Below, one piece after another: positions 13,563 through 24,870 of a stretch of DNA of 64,000 nt. Numbering within the stretch: the first letter of the stretch is position 1; every line of letters starts with the position of its first letter. The notes under the pieces were generated by a model, which worked only from the letters and a program-made list of their open reading frames with translations, searched no databases and had not been told where the DNA came from. Origin of the DNA: Psammoneis japonica (taxonomy: Eukaryota); the NCBI GenBank assembly GCA_008632985.1, contig QPGO01000173.1, forward strand, positions 1 to 64,000, written 5' to 3'. The position numbers were made by a program, and so were the translations under genes.

Positions 13563-13803
13563 TGAATGGACTTGCAAAAGGTGCTACATCGTCAGCAAAT
13601 TGTTCTCGTGTCTCTTTGCTACCAGTAACTACTTGTTCCGTGATCTCGCGCCGAGTTCCGACTTCTACATTAATACCTTTTTGAAATTCCTACATTAGGT
13701 AAAACTGATATGGTGTACAACCCACAGCTCTCGCACCTTTCGCTCGTAGTTTGGCTGCAGCTTTATGCAACAAAGAACATAGGTAGCTCGACCTACGAAG
13801 CGA

Positions 13804-14898
13804 TTAGAAACGGATATACTGCTCAAGTGGGAAACTTGATTCTTGGAGCTCTTGGACCGTCTCTTCAATGTTGTAAATAACTTCCTTATGTGCGCTGGGT
13901 GGCGATCGCGTGTTGATCTTAGGACGCAAAACGTCCCGAATCACATCTTCATTGACATTATCAATCAAGGAACTAGTCAAAGACACCCATGCCTGGACAC
14001 TGTGGTCAAAGATGTTCTCGTCTAAAGTGGACGAAAACGCAAAGAGATCTTCATACGTCACACTCGTTCCGGGCAAGATCAAGTTACGCACTCGATTTAT
14101 AATTCGCTTCTGAGACGTTTCCATGTGTCGGACACATGCACTCGCCATGCCTGGCATAAAGTACGCCTGTGTCTTGACATCTCTTTGCTGCCGTCGCTTG
14201 AAACACAAGTCGGTTTCTGTTCCGTTATTTGCAAACACGGGATAACCGTACGTGTCCTTTTGCCCGAAACAATCACGTACCCGACACACACATCGATCCA
14301 AGGCGTTAGATCTGTACATGTGAGAAAAGGTAATACCGATTTGTTGAAGACCATCCAAGAGAGGCTCACTGTGTACACTGGCTTTGAAATACAGCATTTG
14401 ATTTTGCTCAACTGCCTCCTCGTGCATGAGACGCATAGCTTCTACAATTGTCTTTTCATACGTTGGATCTTGTTGCTGCTGCTGGTGGTGCTGAAGGAGG
14501 TTTTCGTAGGCTTTTCGGTAGAATTTGTTCTTACGAGGTACCAGCAACTCGTGTGCTTCGACTGGATAGAGAATGTAACCATGAGCTTTCAAAACTTCCT
14601 TAATGATGCTACCTGTTGCAGAAGATCCCGAACATCCAGATGAAATCAACGCCCTCATGCGAGTGTCTTGTAGAGCTGGTGGTGGCCTATGAAGTTCTTG
14701 AGAAGAAGAAGCAGAAAAAGAAACTTGATTATTTACATGCACCAGGACCCAAAAGGCCATGACAGCCGAGACTGTGAAAAAGATGGTGTGTCGCATAAGA
14801 GAGTATTTTGTAATGTTCGAGACTGCACTGAGCATTGTGGCCTTGGCTTTGTTTTCGTGTATCGACGAGTTGTGTGTTTCAGCGCTTACGTTCAACAA
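13804..14898 (-). CDS. Type II membrane protein, sulfotransferase-like (Stf0-like P-loop fold)
   Basis: N-terminal TM, ISSGCSGSSA PAPS-loop-like motif, MYRSNALDRCVC (like YRxNxLxxxVS), VTYEDL. Confidence 0.55.
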   Translation of the reverse strand: MLNVSAETHNSSIHENKAKATMLSAVSNITKYSLMRHTIFFTVSAVMAFWVLVHVNNQVSFSASSSQELHRPPPALQDTRMRALISSGCSGSSATGSIIKEVLKAHGYILYPVEAHELLVPRKNKFYRKAYENLLQHHQQQQQDPTYEKTIVEAMRLMHEEAVEQNQMLYFKASVHSEPLLDGLQQIGITFSHMYRSNALDRCVCRVRDCFGQKDTYGYPVFANNGTETDLCFKRRQQRDVKTQAYFMPGMASACVRHMETSQKRIINRVRNLILPGTSVTYEDLFAFSSTLDENIFDHSVQAWVSLTSSLIDNVNEDVIRDVLRPKINTRSPPSAHKEVIYNIEETVQELQESSFPLEQYIRF

Positions 14899-15439
14899 TT
14901 ATCATTGGTGAGCTTCGCAGTAAGCTTACTGTAAGCAAGTCGAGGAGGAAGGAGTCAAGGCAGTCAATCACCAATTACCCTGTCGCAGATCGCAGATCGC
15001 AGAGTGCGTTTCGCGAGACATCTATCGGTGCGGCGGTCAGCTCACATCTCACATCATCAGTGTTTTGTCGTCATCATCCGCGCCGCCCCCGAAGGCATCT
15101 GATACTTCTGGGGCAATTTGTATTTGAAATCCAACGACAGACGTCAATCCTACGACTTACCTACGTTGTCACGCTAGTAAGACAATATTGCATGTGAATA
15201 ACATGCTATGTTTCGTATCAAATTATTCACAAATTAATAAAAATAAATACATATGAAACGACATGGGGGCAATTGAAATTTTGAATTGAACCAGCCGTTC
15301 ACTTTCTTTCAACTTGACCGTTCATGTCAGAAGCCGCGAAAGATACCGGGACCGCGAAACAGAAAATCTTTCTCATGTTTCACGAAGACAAAGTCCAAGT
15401 GGTGGTTGAGAAAGTTCAGAATAATACTCAGTGGCAAAC

Positions 15440-17495
15440 ATGGGAATACCGTATAAGGTAGCGTACTGCTTGGGGCTTCTGCTACTTTCAGACTTGGGGA
15501 GTGGGCAAGACTGGACACGGGTTCGAGGGACAAGACGAGGAACCATCAAAACCAAGCGATTCCCGAAGGAGATGTTGTTTTCTCTTGAAAACGGTATAGC
15601 TTTTGAGGAGGATACTTCTTACTGGGCAGGCTTCTCAATGAGATCAGCTTCTCAATGTCTTCGAGCCTAGAGCCAAAGAGATTGACTCCTACACTTCTCC
15701 CGTCGCCGTCTCCACGAGCCACCACCCCGACGGTACAGGACGCCACAAAACCTCCGACCCCGGTTCCGTCTTTGACCGAATTCGATCAAACCTTTGACAC
15801 CCCTGGTGTATCGGCAACAGCCGGCACCTTGTCGCCTACAAGCATTAGTCGTGCAGCCCAGGTCGTCCTCTCTGTAGCACTCTTTGGCGGAGATGAATTC
15901 ACTGAAGGTACCTACTATCAATCCAAGGCATTGACGTGGTTGGAACAAAATAGAGACGTTGACATTTACACCGATGAGCAAATCATTCAGAGATATTCCT
16001 TGGCTTGCGTTTTCTTTGCGACCTTTGGTGTTCCGAATGGCTATACCACATCGGAGGTTTCAGGGTGGGACGTTTCAACCAACTGGATGACAAATGAACA
16101 CGAGTGCACATGGTTTGGTATCTTTTGCAATGGAGATGGCTTTGTCTTTTCTATGGACCTTTCTTTTGTATGTACTTGCCTTAGCCTTTGCCATTGCTTT
16201 TCTTTGACATCGATCTCACTAGTCTGCTTGTCTTTCGTTAGAACTCATTGACAGGCGTCTTCCCACCGGAATCGACCTTGTTGAGCGATACTCTAGTAGA
16301 CCTTCGGCTAACGGGAAACTTTCTTCATAATCATGGTGATTTGTTCAATGCGTTCTTGGGCGAACTGACGAAACTTGAAGTACTCTTGATCGGTGATAAC
16401 TTTTTCGAGAACGCAGGCATCCCGACAGAGATCGGGCGGCTGTCGAATCTAAAAGAGTTTGAAAGTTACTCCAATCAATGGACCGGTCCGCTCCGAGGAG
16501 AAATATTTGCCAACATGCCAAACCTTTTCTATATGGACATCTCGTTCAACAAGTATGATTCGCCAATACCAATGGAGATCGGAATGCTGCCAAGTATAGG
16601 TAAGCGTCCTGTGCGAAGATCGCATTTCTGGGCACAGAAAGCTTGAGGTTTCGCTTACCAGATACGCCCTACTCAACCTCTCTAAAACTCCTTGCTTCGA
16701 TGCGATATACAGAATATCTCTACATTGAGAGTTCAAACGTTACCGGAGATTTGTCGTACATGCTTCACCTCGACAACATTTGTGAGTCATCGTCAGTGAT
16801 CTTCAAGTTCCTTTACCAGGGTATGATCATTATTGCACCTTACCGTTTCTTTGTCCTCGTTGCAACAAAAAAGTGGAAAACTGGGTGGGCGGTAATCCGA
16901 ATCTAAAAGGCTCCATCCCATCTTTCATTGGAAACATAAACACTCTCAGTAAGTTCTGTTTTGGGTTCGTCGCTTGTGAGTTCGTAATTGAGGATTCTCA
17001 CAATGCCTTCGCTCTTTTATGCATTACCTTTCAGCAAGCTTTAACGTTTACGGCTCAGGATTAACGGGGACACTGCCGACAGAGCTCGGATTGATTACAC
17101 ATATGAAGCAGTTGGTTCTAGATGGAAACGACTTTAATGGAACTGTGCCAACTGAGATAGGAATGATGAAAGAACTAGGTGAGTCGTTGGTGCTCTCAAC
17201 AAGCTGTTCCTACTCTACCCATGACTTATGATTTTTTCACTGACTACGCTTCATTTATACAGAAACATTTCGGATAGAGGAGAACTCTCTTGATGGAGGA
17301 ATGCCGCATCTGGTTTGTCATTTAGTAGACGACTACCTCTTGAGCGTTGTTTCGGCCGATTGCAACGATCCTGCCGTGTTCAATTGTTCGTGCTGTACAG
17401 AATGTTTTCCTTGCATTGGATGTGGTGGAGCCAATGGTGTACGGCATGTAGAGAGACTTCCTCGTCAACACAAACGACTTCGGCGGGCCATCTAG
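15440..17495 (+). CDS. Secreted leucine-rich repeat protein (diatom LRR family), multi-exon; possible frameshift near 15655
   Basis: Signal peptide, PT-rich linker, QSKALTWL/IIQRYSLA/ECTWFGIFC N-cap, plant-type LRRs (LTGTLPTELGL, FNGTVPTEIG), ADC..CSCCTEC C-cap; several GT-AG introns. Confidence 0.85.
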
Positions 17496-17515
17496 AGAGA
17501 GAGAGAGAGAGAGAG
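17494..17515 (+). repeat. (AG)n microsatellite
   Basis: Directly visible. Confidence 0.9.
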
Positions 17516-18175
17516 TAAAGAGCTCTCGCCCCATTATTCTTTGTACAGTGACCCATCGTTTTTGTCTAGATGTAAGGTACATAAAGCACTCTCTGCGAGT
17601 GCCGTGCACTCCGTGTATTTAAGTTCTCTGTTTATCCGTAGATCTCGACATCCTTTATCGGCGAGGAAAAGAGGTTCTCCTATCGTTTCCTCCGATGGCT
17701 CTTCGCACCAGTCAACTGCTTTCTGGCTAGATCAAGCTATTATCGCGTTCCCGCGTTTCTCTCGCTTCTCTGACTAGGTACAGTACGAATGCATTCAATT
17801 CAGTTGAAGAATCAACAAAAACATAGGGGAAGCTGCGGCAGTCTAGTGCTTCAAGGAAGAGGCGCTAGTAGCTCGACATTTGTTGTAACACTTCTTTTTT
17901 GTTACGAGTAATTCGCCAGCATTGCATGCTTCTGCCTCTCCCACGAGATATCTCCGCAGGACAATACTGTAACCTAATCATAGTAGGGCGCTGTTGTTGC
18001 TAGAGAATAATATACTATCTGCCTCACTCTAGGGTGCAGTGAGGTCTAGAGAGAAAAGGGAAAAGCCTCCTCGAGAAAATGCACGTACGGCTATTCCTTT
18101 ATCGCAATCTTTCCGCGCTCTTTCTTGTTAACTACTTTTTCGCTGCGTCACTCACCACAGCGATGCCAGATTTTC

Positions 18176-19543
18176 CTACAGTTCTCTTGAACGCGTCGTT
18201 CGTGGTTTCACCACCTTTTTCTTTTTCAGAGTCGAATCCTCGTCGTCGTCGTCCACTCGGAACAAGTCTTCCCATCCACGTTCCGGAATCATGTCTTGTT
18301 TTCCATACTGATCTTCAATTGCCAGCTTGCCTTGCGTCTCTTCATCATGATAAACATAATGGTGTTCGACACGTCGTGACACGGCCTTGGCACAGCGAAA
18401 TCCAATGTTTCCCGTAGTCGTTGTTCCGTGCAGCGTTGCTCTTGATCCACTCGTTGCAGCATGATTGTATTCGCCGGTGGATGTATCCACGTAGGACGCT
18501 CCCCGCACAATGCGGGCTTGATGCTTTCCACCCCGTTGCCATTCCCACACGTTTCCAATCAAATCATAAAAACCCATGGAATTGGGGGGATAATGCGTCA
18601 CGGGTGAGGTACCGCGCCACCCATCCTCAGCAGTGTTTTCAAACGGAAAAGCACCCTGCCACAAATTGGCATACTTGACAGCATCTTTTTCCTCATTGCC
18701 CCACCAATAGGTGGTTCTATTGTTTGGACCATAATTCTGACTACGCGAAGCAGCTTCGTATTCGCGTTCACCTGGAAGCCGTTTTCCGACCCAGGCACAA
18801 TACTCGGCGGCATCGCGGTGTGACACATGCACCACGGGATGGTTCTCACGATACTTGTAGGATGAGTTGGGTCCCTCGGGACGTCGCCAATACGCCCCAT
18901 CCACAGCCACCCAATGCTCAGCGTCCGGGTCCTTGTCGTGTGTGCCCTGCAGTTTGGAGGAAACAAAGGACTCTAGCACAAAGGACCATCCATAATGTTC
19001 CGCTTCTGTTTCATAGTGCGTACTTGCCACGAACTTTCCAAACTGCTTGTTGGTTACCAAGGTGGCATCTAAAAAGTAGGGCTCGACCGACACCACCTTT
19101 GTGGGTACTACGCCTCCGTCTAATTCATGAGTCTCGACATGACCATAGGGTTTGGGGCCATCGCCGGGATTTACTTTCCCATGACGGCGTTCCAACAACA
19201 CCTCTTCTCGTGTTTTTTCGATTCGTTCTGGAACATCATGATGATGTAACAACTCATGCTCTGAAATACCCAAATGACTGTCATGCAGACTGGAACCAAA
19301 AATATACTTTAGGGAATTGTCGTGGTTATGAAAGCCCACCCGGGTACCGTTCTCGTGCAAGCGGCCCATGTAAATCATGCCTTCATAGTCTTCGTCGTTG
19401 GGATCCAAGTGTGGAGCGACATTGGCTCCGATAATGCTTTCGTCGTCATTACTGGTATAAGAAGGATCATCAGAGAGACACCTATTAACAAAAAGAGAAA
19501 AGCACGACAGGAAACACAAGAGCCGCAGCGGCAGCAACGTCAT
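18176..19543 (-). CDS. Formylglycine-generating enzyme family protein, SUMF2 (pFGE)-like, ER luminal
   Basis: Signal peptide; HPVVHVSHRDAAEYCAW, RLPGEREYEAA, NLWQG.FP, GFYDLIGNVWEW, RGASYVD, NIGFRCA; lacks the SUMF1 catalytic Cys pair; ends ..SREL. Confidence 0.85.
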   Translation of the reverse strand: MTLLPLRLLCFLSCFSLFVNRCLSDDPSYTSNDDESIIGANVAPHLDPNDEDYEGMIYMGRLHENGTRVGFHNHDNSLKYIFGSSLHDSHLGISEHELLHHHDVPERIEKTREEVLLERRHGKVNPGDGPKPYGHVETHELDGGVVPTKVVSVEPYFLDATLVTNKQFGKFVASTHYETEAEHYGWSFVLESFVSSKLQGTHDKDPDAEHWVAVDGAYWRRPEGPNSSYKYRENHPVVHVSHRDAAEYCAWVGKRLPGEREYEAASRSQNYGPNNRTTYWWGNEEKDAVKYANLWQGAFPFENTAEDGWRGTSPVTHYPPNSMGFYDLIGNVWEWQRGGKHQARIVRGASYVDTSTGEYNHAATSGSRATLHGTTTTGNIGFRCAKAVSRRVEHHYVYHDEETQGKLAIEDQYGKQDMIPERGWEDLFRVDDDDEDSTLKKKKVVKPRTTRSREL

Positions 19544-19909
19544 TGTCGGTGTTTGATGATATGATTGCTATGTGTATGCATGCAGCAAATTAAATGAGAC
19601 AAAGCACGACGGCCTGAAACAGAATACGAAATTCAAACAAATGAATATGTTATTGAAACACCAAGGTATTAATTTCAATGAATGTTATAAATTCATGATG
19701 TTTTAAATAATTATAATGATTCTACGAAAAAATGCCGTAGCCACGCACGCAAGATTCTTTTCACAGCCATGAGGGGTTTTGTTTTCCGCCGCTGAAGCAC
19801 CTTCTCGACTCTCTCGTCAAACTCATGCAATTATGCCAAATGAGACCAACAAAGACGTAGACTGCCTCGCAAAACATCGAGCATTTGTTGCTGTTGTTGT
19901 GTGTTGGCG

Positions 19910-22900
19910 CCATAAATGTTCTTGAAAATTTAACGTGACGTCATTCCGAAAGATGAGAACCATCATAAAGCAGGATCCCGCGACAGCGAATCACAAAACA
20001 CAAAACTAACTCAATGAACAACAAAAGAACAAACCTGTTGCTTTTGGACGACGAATAACAAGAATGTGAGTCATTTTCAGTCGAGGCTGCTGTGAGCTGT
20101 GAGCCACGGGAAAAAATGTCCCATCGCTGATGCCTGATGCTGGTCCTTAGAAGCTACTTGCTTCGTCACATTGTACAATAGATAGAAAGCATCTCGAACG
20201 TTGTGAATGTTTAGGCACACTCGTGGTTGCGTGAACCGTGCGTCTCTTTTACCAAACTGAAGAAAGCCTTCACACCACTCGCAGAAAACAGCTCCATGTA
20301 CTCGTAATTGTGCACTTTTTGTTTGTTCTTGTGCGTTGTTGTTATCGTCACGTGCTTCTTCATGATGTGTTGGATAGCCACCGGAGAAGAGACGTAATGG
20401 ACTGTGGCGGGGTTCGGGTTTTTATTGCCACCAAATACCCTGTCGAATATACGTGTATTGATAATGCGTGTGTTGTTTTTTTATCGACAGTGGTTGTCAT
20501 AACGACACTTGTAAGACAAAATACCTTTCTAAACCTCCGTGGTATTCTCTGTGGCGCTCTTTAGAGCGAAGAGCAAGAGAGAAAGCAAAGCAACTCATGA
20601 TGACGGGCAACTGGGAGAATTTCCGTGTACGTGTCATTGTAGGAAGTTAAATGGTGCTCCCCACGATCTCGGGGTTTGAACCAAATTGTGGGAAGCCCAA
20701 TACAGATCCCTGCGAGATTGCTACTTACAATGATCTCAAGGGTGTTGAGGCCAACGGACTGGACAGAAACTATGTGATGATCAATGATATTCAAGCCACA
20801 GACGACAATTTCAAACCTATTGGCAATGAGTATGAACCTCTCTGGTACGTTGATTCGTACCATGACTCCTCTTATTATGAGGAATACGAGGTCGAGTATG
20901 CTACCTTCACTGGATCATTTGATGGTGGTGGGCATGCGATTCGTGGGTTGTCCATCTTTCCAGAGGAAGATGGCAGCATGGGCAAGGGTTTGTTTGGTGG
21001 TCTTAGTAATGCCGATGTCCGCAATCTCGTCCTAGTTGACACCAAAGTTGGTGCTTCTGACACCTCTGCCAGATTTGCCGGATCCCTTGCTGGAAGTGTT
21101 TATGGTGGCACGATCCATAATGTCACCTCAAGAAATCCACAAGTCAATGGAGATGCTGTTGCTGGTGGGCTTGTTGGAGATGTATATCAAAATTGTAAAA
21201 TCTCCTGCTGCCGGGTTCTCGATGGGAAAGTGAACGGGAATCAAGCTGGTGGTCTTGCGGGGTGGATTGACGATGTTACCATCGAGGAATGCAGCGTGCA
21301 AAACATCTCTGCGATAGAACATGAGTTTGGACCGGGGATTCACTACCATACTTTCGGCGGTTTGGTTGGTCAGGCCCACTGTTGGACAGTTGCCAAGGAG
21401 TCAGTCATCAACAATTGCTTTGTAGCTGGTGATGTTGCTGTTTTTGGTAGTTTGGAGGTGGGTGGCCTTGTCGGAGCAGCATCGAGTACGAACATATCAA
21501 ACAGCTATTTTCTGGGTGATGTTCATGCGAAAGCAAGTCAAGTGGCCGGTGGTCTCGTTGGCAAGGCTTTCAGATCGTCTATTAAGAGCAGCTTTGCCAC
21601 AAGTAAGGCCACAATAGAGAAGAGCTTGTATGACGATGATATTTTCATAGGTGGATTTATTGGCCATGACAGCTCCGATGACTACGAGTTGCGACTACTA
21701 GAGGGTAACTACTGCGTGATGGACCCTGCAGTTGGCGACGAGTATGAGGCAGCCGACACCGAAGTTAAAGTCGTGGAAAGCAAGGAATTCTTTCGTGATC
21801 CCACTAATCTGCCACACTCCGGCTGGGACAGCAACATTTGGGCCCAGCTACACAACAATGAATACCCCTATCCAACCCTTCAGTGCCAATCTTCTGGTCA
21901 GAGCAACGCTCCCCCAGTTGCCGTTGATTTCCCTTTGTCACGAAAGATCAAACTGGACTCGTGCAAAAAACTTGATGCCACGATCACCTTTCTGAGCCCG
22001 GAGCAAGATCAAACTACTAACGTCAAAACTTGGGGAGTCCCCGCTGGAATGACTGCGACAAACAAACCTGGAAATGCAGCGACTGTTCGTCTCGAAATGA
22101 CACCGACGGCGAATGCGCGGTACAAGCTGTTCTTCAAGGCCCAAGACAGCAAGGGAGCTGTTACCAAGAAGAAGCTACTTGTCATAGTGTCTGGCTGCAA
22201 GACGGCAAAGGCACCAAGAATGCGTTGCAAGGAACGAGATAAAAAAGCCATATCGTCTTCAAAGTGCTATGTTTGGACTACGATTGATGACGGGTCCAAA
22301 TCTTTTGACTCCAAGCCTGTTGTCTTGACGCAAGTCCCTCCTCCGCCCTACGGCGTCGGTGTTACGGATGTAACTCTCACAGCTACGGACAGTGAAGGCC
22401 GCACAAATTCCTGTACGAGGACTGTAACGGTTCGTCAACCTCGGCGTGGCGTCTGTCCTGTAAACAAGCCACCAGTTGTGCGCTGCAAAAATAGGGATAA
22501 AAGAGCCCGCCCTTCCCCTCATTGCAAGGTATGGACGACGATTGACTTCGATTCGTATGATCCCAACGGCGACACGTTGACGCACGTCCTGGACCCTCCG
22601 CCTCCCTATGGCATTGGAAATAGAACAGTGACACTCACAGTCACAGATAGCAAAGGGGCATCCTCATCGTGCACAAGATATGTCAACGTTCGACCTCCTA
22701 GCGATGGCACTTGCTAAATCACGCCCAAAAACCTATAGAAAGCAACGGAGTCAGCGACGTTTAGGAAAGAAGAAGACGTATTCATATTTGGTTCTTCAGT
22801 TTTACCTGTGGACATTTATTTTCGCACGGTTTTTGCACTTCTTGGATGTAGTCTTGCGTGAGTTTATAGTTCCCATGGTGAACCAAGGAGGGTGTAGGAC

Positions 22901-22943
22901 CGTTGCAACCTTGCTTTAATGACATTAGATAAAAACCGCGTGA
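19910..22943 (+). repeat. Segmental duplication, copy 1 (copy 2 at ~39146-42080)
   Basis: Shared start ccataaatgttcttgaa.atttaacgtgacgtcat and shared end aaaccgcgtgac. Confidence 0.9.
20651..22717 (+). CDS. GLUG-motif beta-helix protein with C-terminal Ig/HYR-like repeats, copy 1; intronless; in-frame upstream ATG at 20597 is cut off by TAA at 20648
   Basis: FTGSFDGGGHAIRGL, GLFG, repeated (V/A)GGLVG; two repeats ending PPPPYG.G...VTLT.TDS.G...SCTR.V.VR. Confidence 0.8.
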   Translation: MVLPTISGFEPNCGKPNTDPCEIATYNDLKGVEANGLDRNYVMINDIQATDDNFKPIGNEYEPLWYVDSYHDSSYYEEYEVEYATFTGSFDGGGHAIRGLSIFPEEDGSMGKGLFGGLSNADVRNLVLVDTKVGASDTSARFAGSLAGSVYGGTIHNVTSRNPQVNGDAVAGGLVGDVYQNCKISCCRVLDGKVNGNQAGGLAGWIDDVTIEECSVQNISAIEHEFGPGIHYHTFGGLVGQAHCWTVAKESVINNCFVAGDVAVFGSLEVGGLVGAASSTNISNSYFLGDVHAKASQVAGGLVGKAFRSSIKSSFATSKATIEKSLYDDDIFIGGFIGHDSSDDYELRLLEGNYCVMDPAVGDEYEAADTEVKVVESKEFFRDPTNLPHSGWDSNIWAQLHNNEYPYPTLQCQSSGQSNAPPVAVDFPLSRKIKLDSCKKLDATITFLSPEQDQTTNVKTWGVPAGMTATNKPGNAATVRLEMTPTANARYKLFFKAQDSKGAVTKKKLLVIVSGCKTAKAPRMRCKERDKKAISSSKCYVWTTIDDGSKSFDSKPVVLTQVPPPPYGVGVTDVTLTATDSEGRTNSCTRTVTVRQPRRGVCPVNKPPVVRCKNRDKRARPSPHCKVWTTIDFDSYDPNGDTLTHVLDPPPPYGIGNRTVTLTVTDSKGASSSCTRYVNVRPPSDGTC

Positions 22944-23549
22944 CCTGATAGCTTTCCACATTCTTTTGCCAAAGATGTAACATGTCCTTACACGAGCTGT
23001 CTTGAAGCTCAAGAAGCATGGCAGACGCTCGATTTTCTAATGGACAAAGTTGCGCACGACGTGTACAAACAGAATATACCGGCCTCCAACCAACTTGTGA
23101 AAGAACAAGAAAAGTTGGCTGGGTCCCTCCACCGGCTCAAACAAGCCATGGAATCACTCGAAAAATGCAACAGGCCTGTCCTGAATTTGTCGATGATGTG
23201 GGCAAGATCATGAGTGCCTGTGCAACAAAATTGGTTGACAACTTTGTCCAGGCATCCACAGACAGGGTTTTTTATGATGTTCTGCCAAGTCACCTGAGTG
23301 ACACTGGGTTGAAATCTCTTTCCAGGAAGGAAGCCACAATGTGGAAAAGCAGTGTCACTGAGTCTGAGAGAGCCATCTTGGCCATTGTGAAGCATCTGCG
23401 TGGAGTCATGCTCTGCGGCAGACAATGCAACTGGACCAACTCTCTGTTGTCAATTTGGGAAAGAAGAGAGGACCCCAGCACAAGAACAAAATGAATGTGC
23501 ATGACAAACTTTTGGCTTTTGACAGGGTCACTGTCTGCAACCCCAGCAG

Positions 23550-24190
23550 GTGGCCAGCATGTCTGCTGCCATGATCTCATGGTTGATGCAGCATTGCCTC
23601 CACCTGTTGTTGATGCATGTGTTGTTTCTGTCAAAGCTTCTTCATTGGGTCAGCCCAAAAGTTGACCACAAGGTTTTGGTGGCCTCCCCACTGTTTTTGT
23701 GCCATGTGCTGCACAGCTCAAGTTCTGCATTTTTGCACTCCAAAAAGTGAGACAAGTGGATCTGATTGTTCTTTGTTGGACTCGGGTTGGATCAGTTGTG
23801 TCTCAAGAACTGCATGACACCCACTGTGCCAGGGATCTGTTCTGTTGATGTGGACAGCCAATGACTTTGCAGCAGTCTGTGCAGCACCTCTGCAGGGTGA
23901 CTGACAGCATTTCTCAGTTGTGCATTGAGTGTGTGCTGGAAAATTCTTTTTCCTTTTTTGATGGTGCCAGTCTGGAGCACCTCTCCAAGGAAGAGCTCTC
24001 TGCAACCTTCTGGCTCAAAGGCTGGCAGGTTTGATGGGCATGGTTGTCAAGTTCTTGACTGGCTGGTTGCTTTTTGCACAAGTTGCAGCAGTGGTTGTGT
24101 GGCTGCTCTTCATTTGACTTTGATTTCTCAACTTTGCAGCTGCCTGTGAGAGCAGCACCAATCAACAAGAATGCAAAGTGGAGGTGACAT
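23550..24190 (+). repeat. Direct repeat C (copy C' at ~30365-30990)
   Basis: aagcttcttcattg..cag.ccaaaagttgaccacaaggtttt through gcagcaccaatcaacaagaatg....tggaggtgaca occurs in both places. Confidence 0.85.
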
Positions 24191-24324
24191 GCAAAAGAGC
24201 CATGATGCACACAGCACCATGCCAAGCCAAATTGTCAGGGGCCAGACCATTCCAAATCCTGCAATGAAATGAGGAGAGAAGCAACAACATGAGATGTGAA
24301 GTGATTGCACTCATCAACTCACCA

Positions 24325-24870
24325 CAGTTGCGGCTCATCGTGGACAGTGCAGGGGCAAGAGGTGTTGGCTCCACCACAGAACAATGCACCACAGCCAGTG
24401 TCAACTGAGTGATGCAACAAAGGAGCAGTGGATCAGCTGTCATGTGCAGGACTCTCACCACATCTGTGATGGAAGAGAACAAAACATGGCATCACAAGCA
24501 AGAAATGAAAGCAAAAGTGATGCAGTGACAAAATGAGTGACAGGGACAAGATTGTGTTGGAGAGCTGCTGCAAGAATGCATTGTTCAGACAGCACAAGTT
24601 TCTAAATGACAAGGCCCTCAACAATCACAAATGGAAGGGTTGCAAGGACAGTGCTGTCAGAGCTCATCATGCCCCGAGAAAAGGGAGCATGATTTTGGGA
24701 CACATCAAAGGATGAGGTGCAAAGGCAAACAACAAGAAAGAAGAACAAAGTCAGTGATGAACTGAACAAGAATTTCTTCCTAAGCAGCACAACTGATGGA
24801 GTGTGCTGAGTGTGCCACGGACAAGGAACTGGAAAAAAGCTGACACACGTGCATGCACAGGGTGCACAGA
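24325..24870 (+). repeat. Direct repeat A (copy A' at ~28985-29499), flanking the Penelope-like element
   Basis: gttgcggctcat.gtggacagtgcaggggcaa ... gacagggacaagattgtgttggagagctgctgcaagaatgca ... gcatgcacaggg..cacagat in both. Confidence 0.9.
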
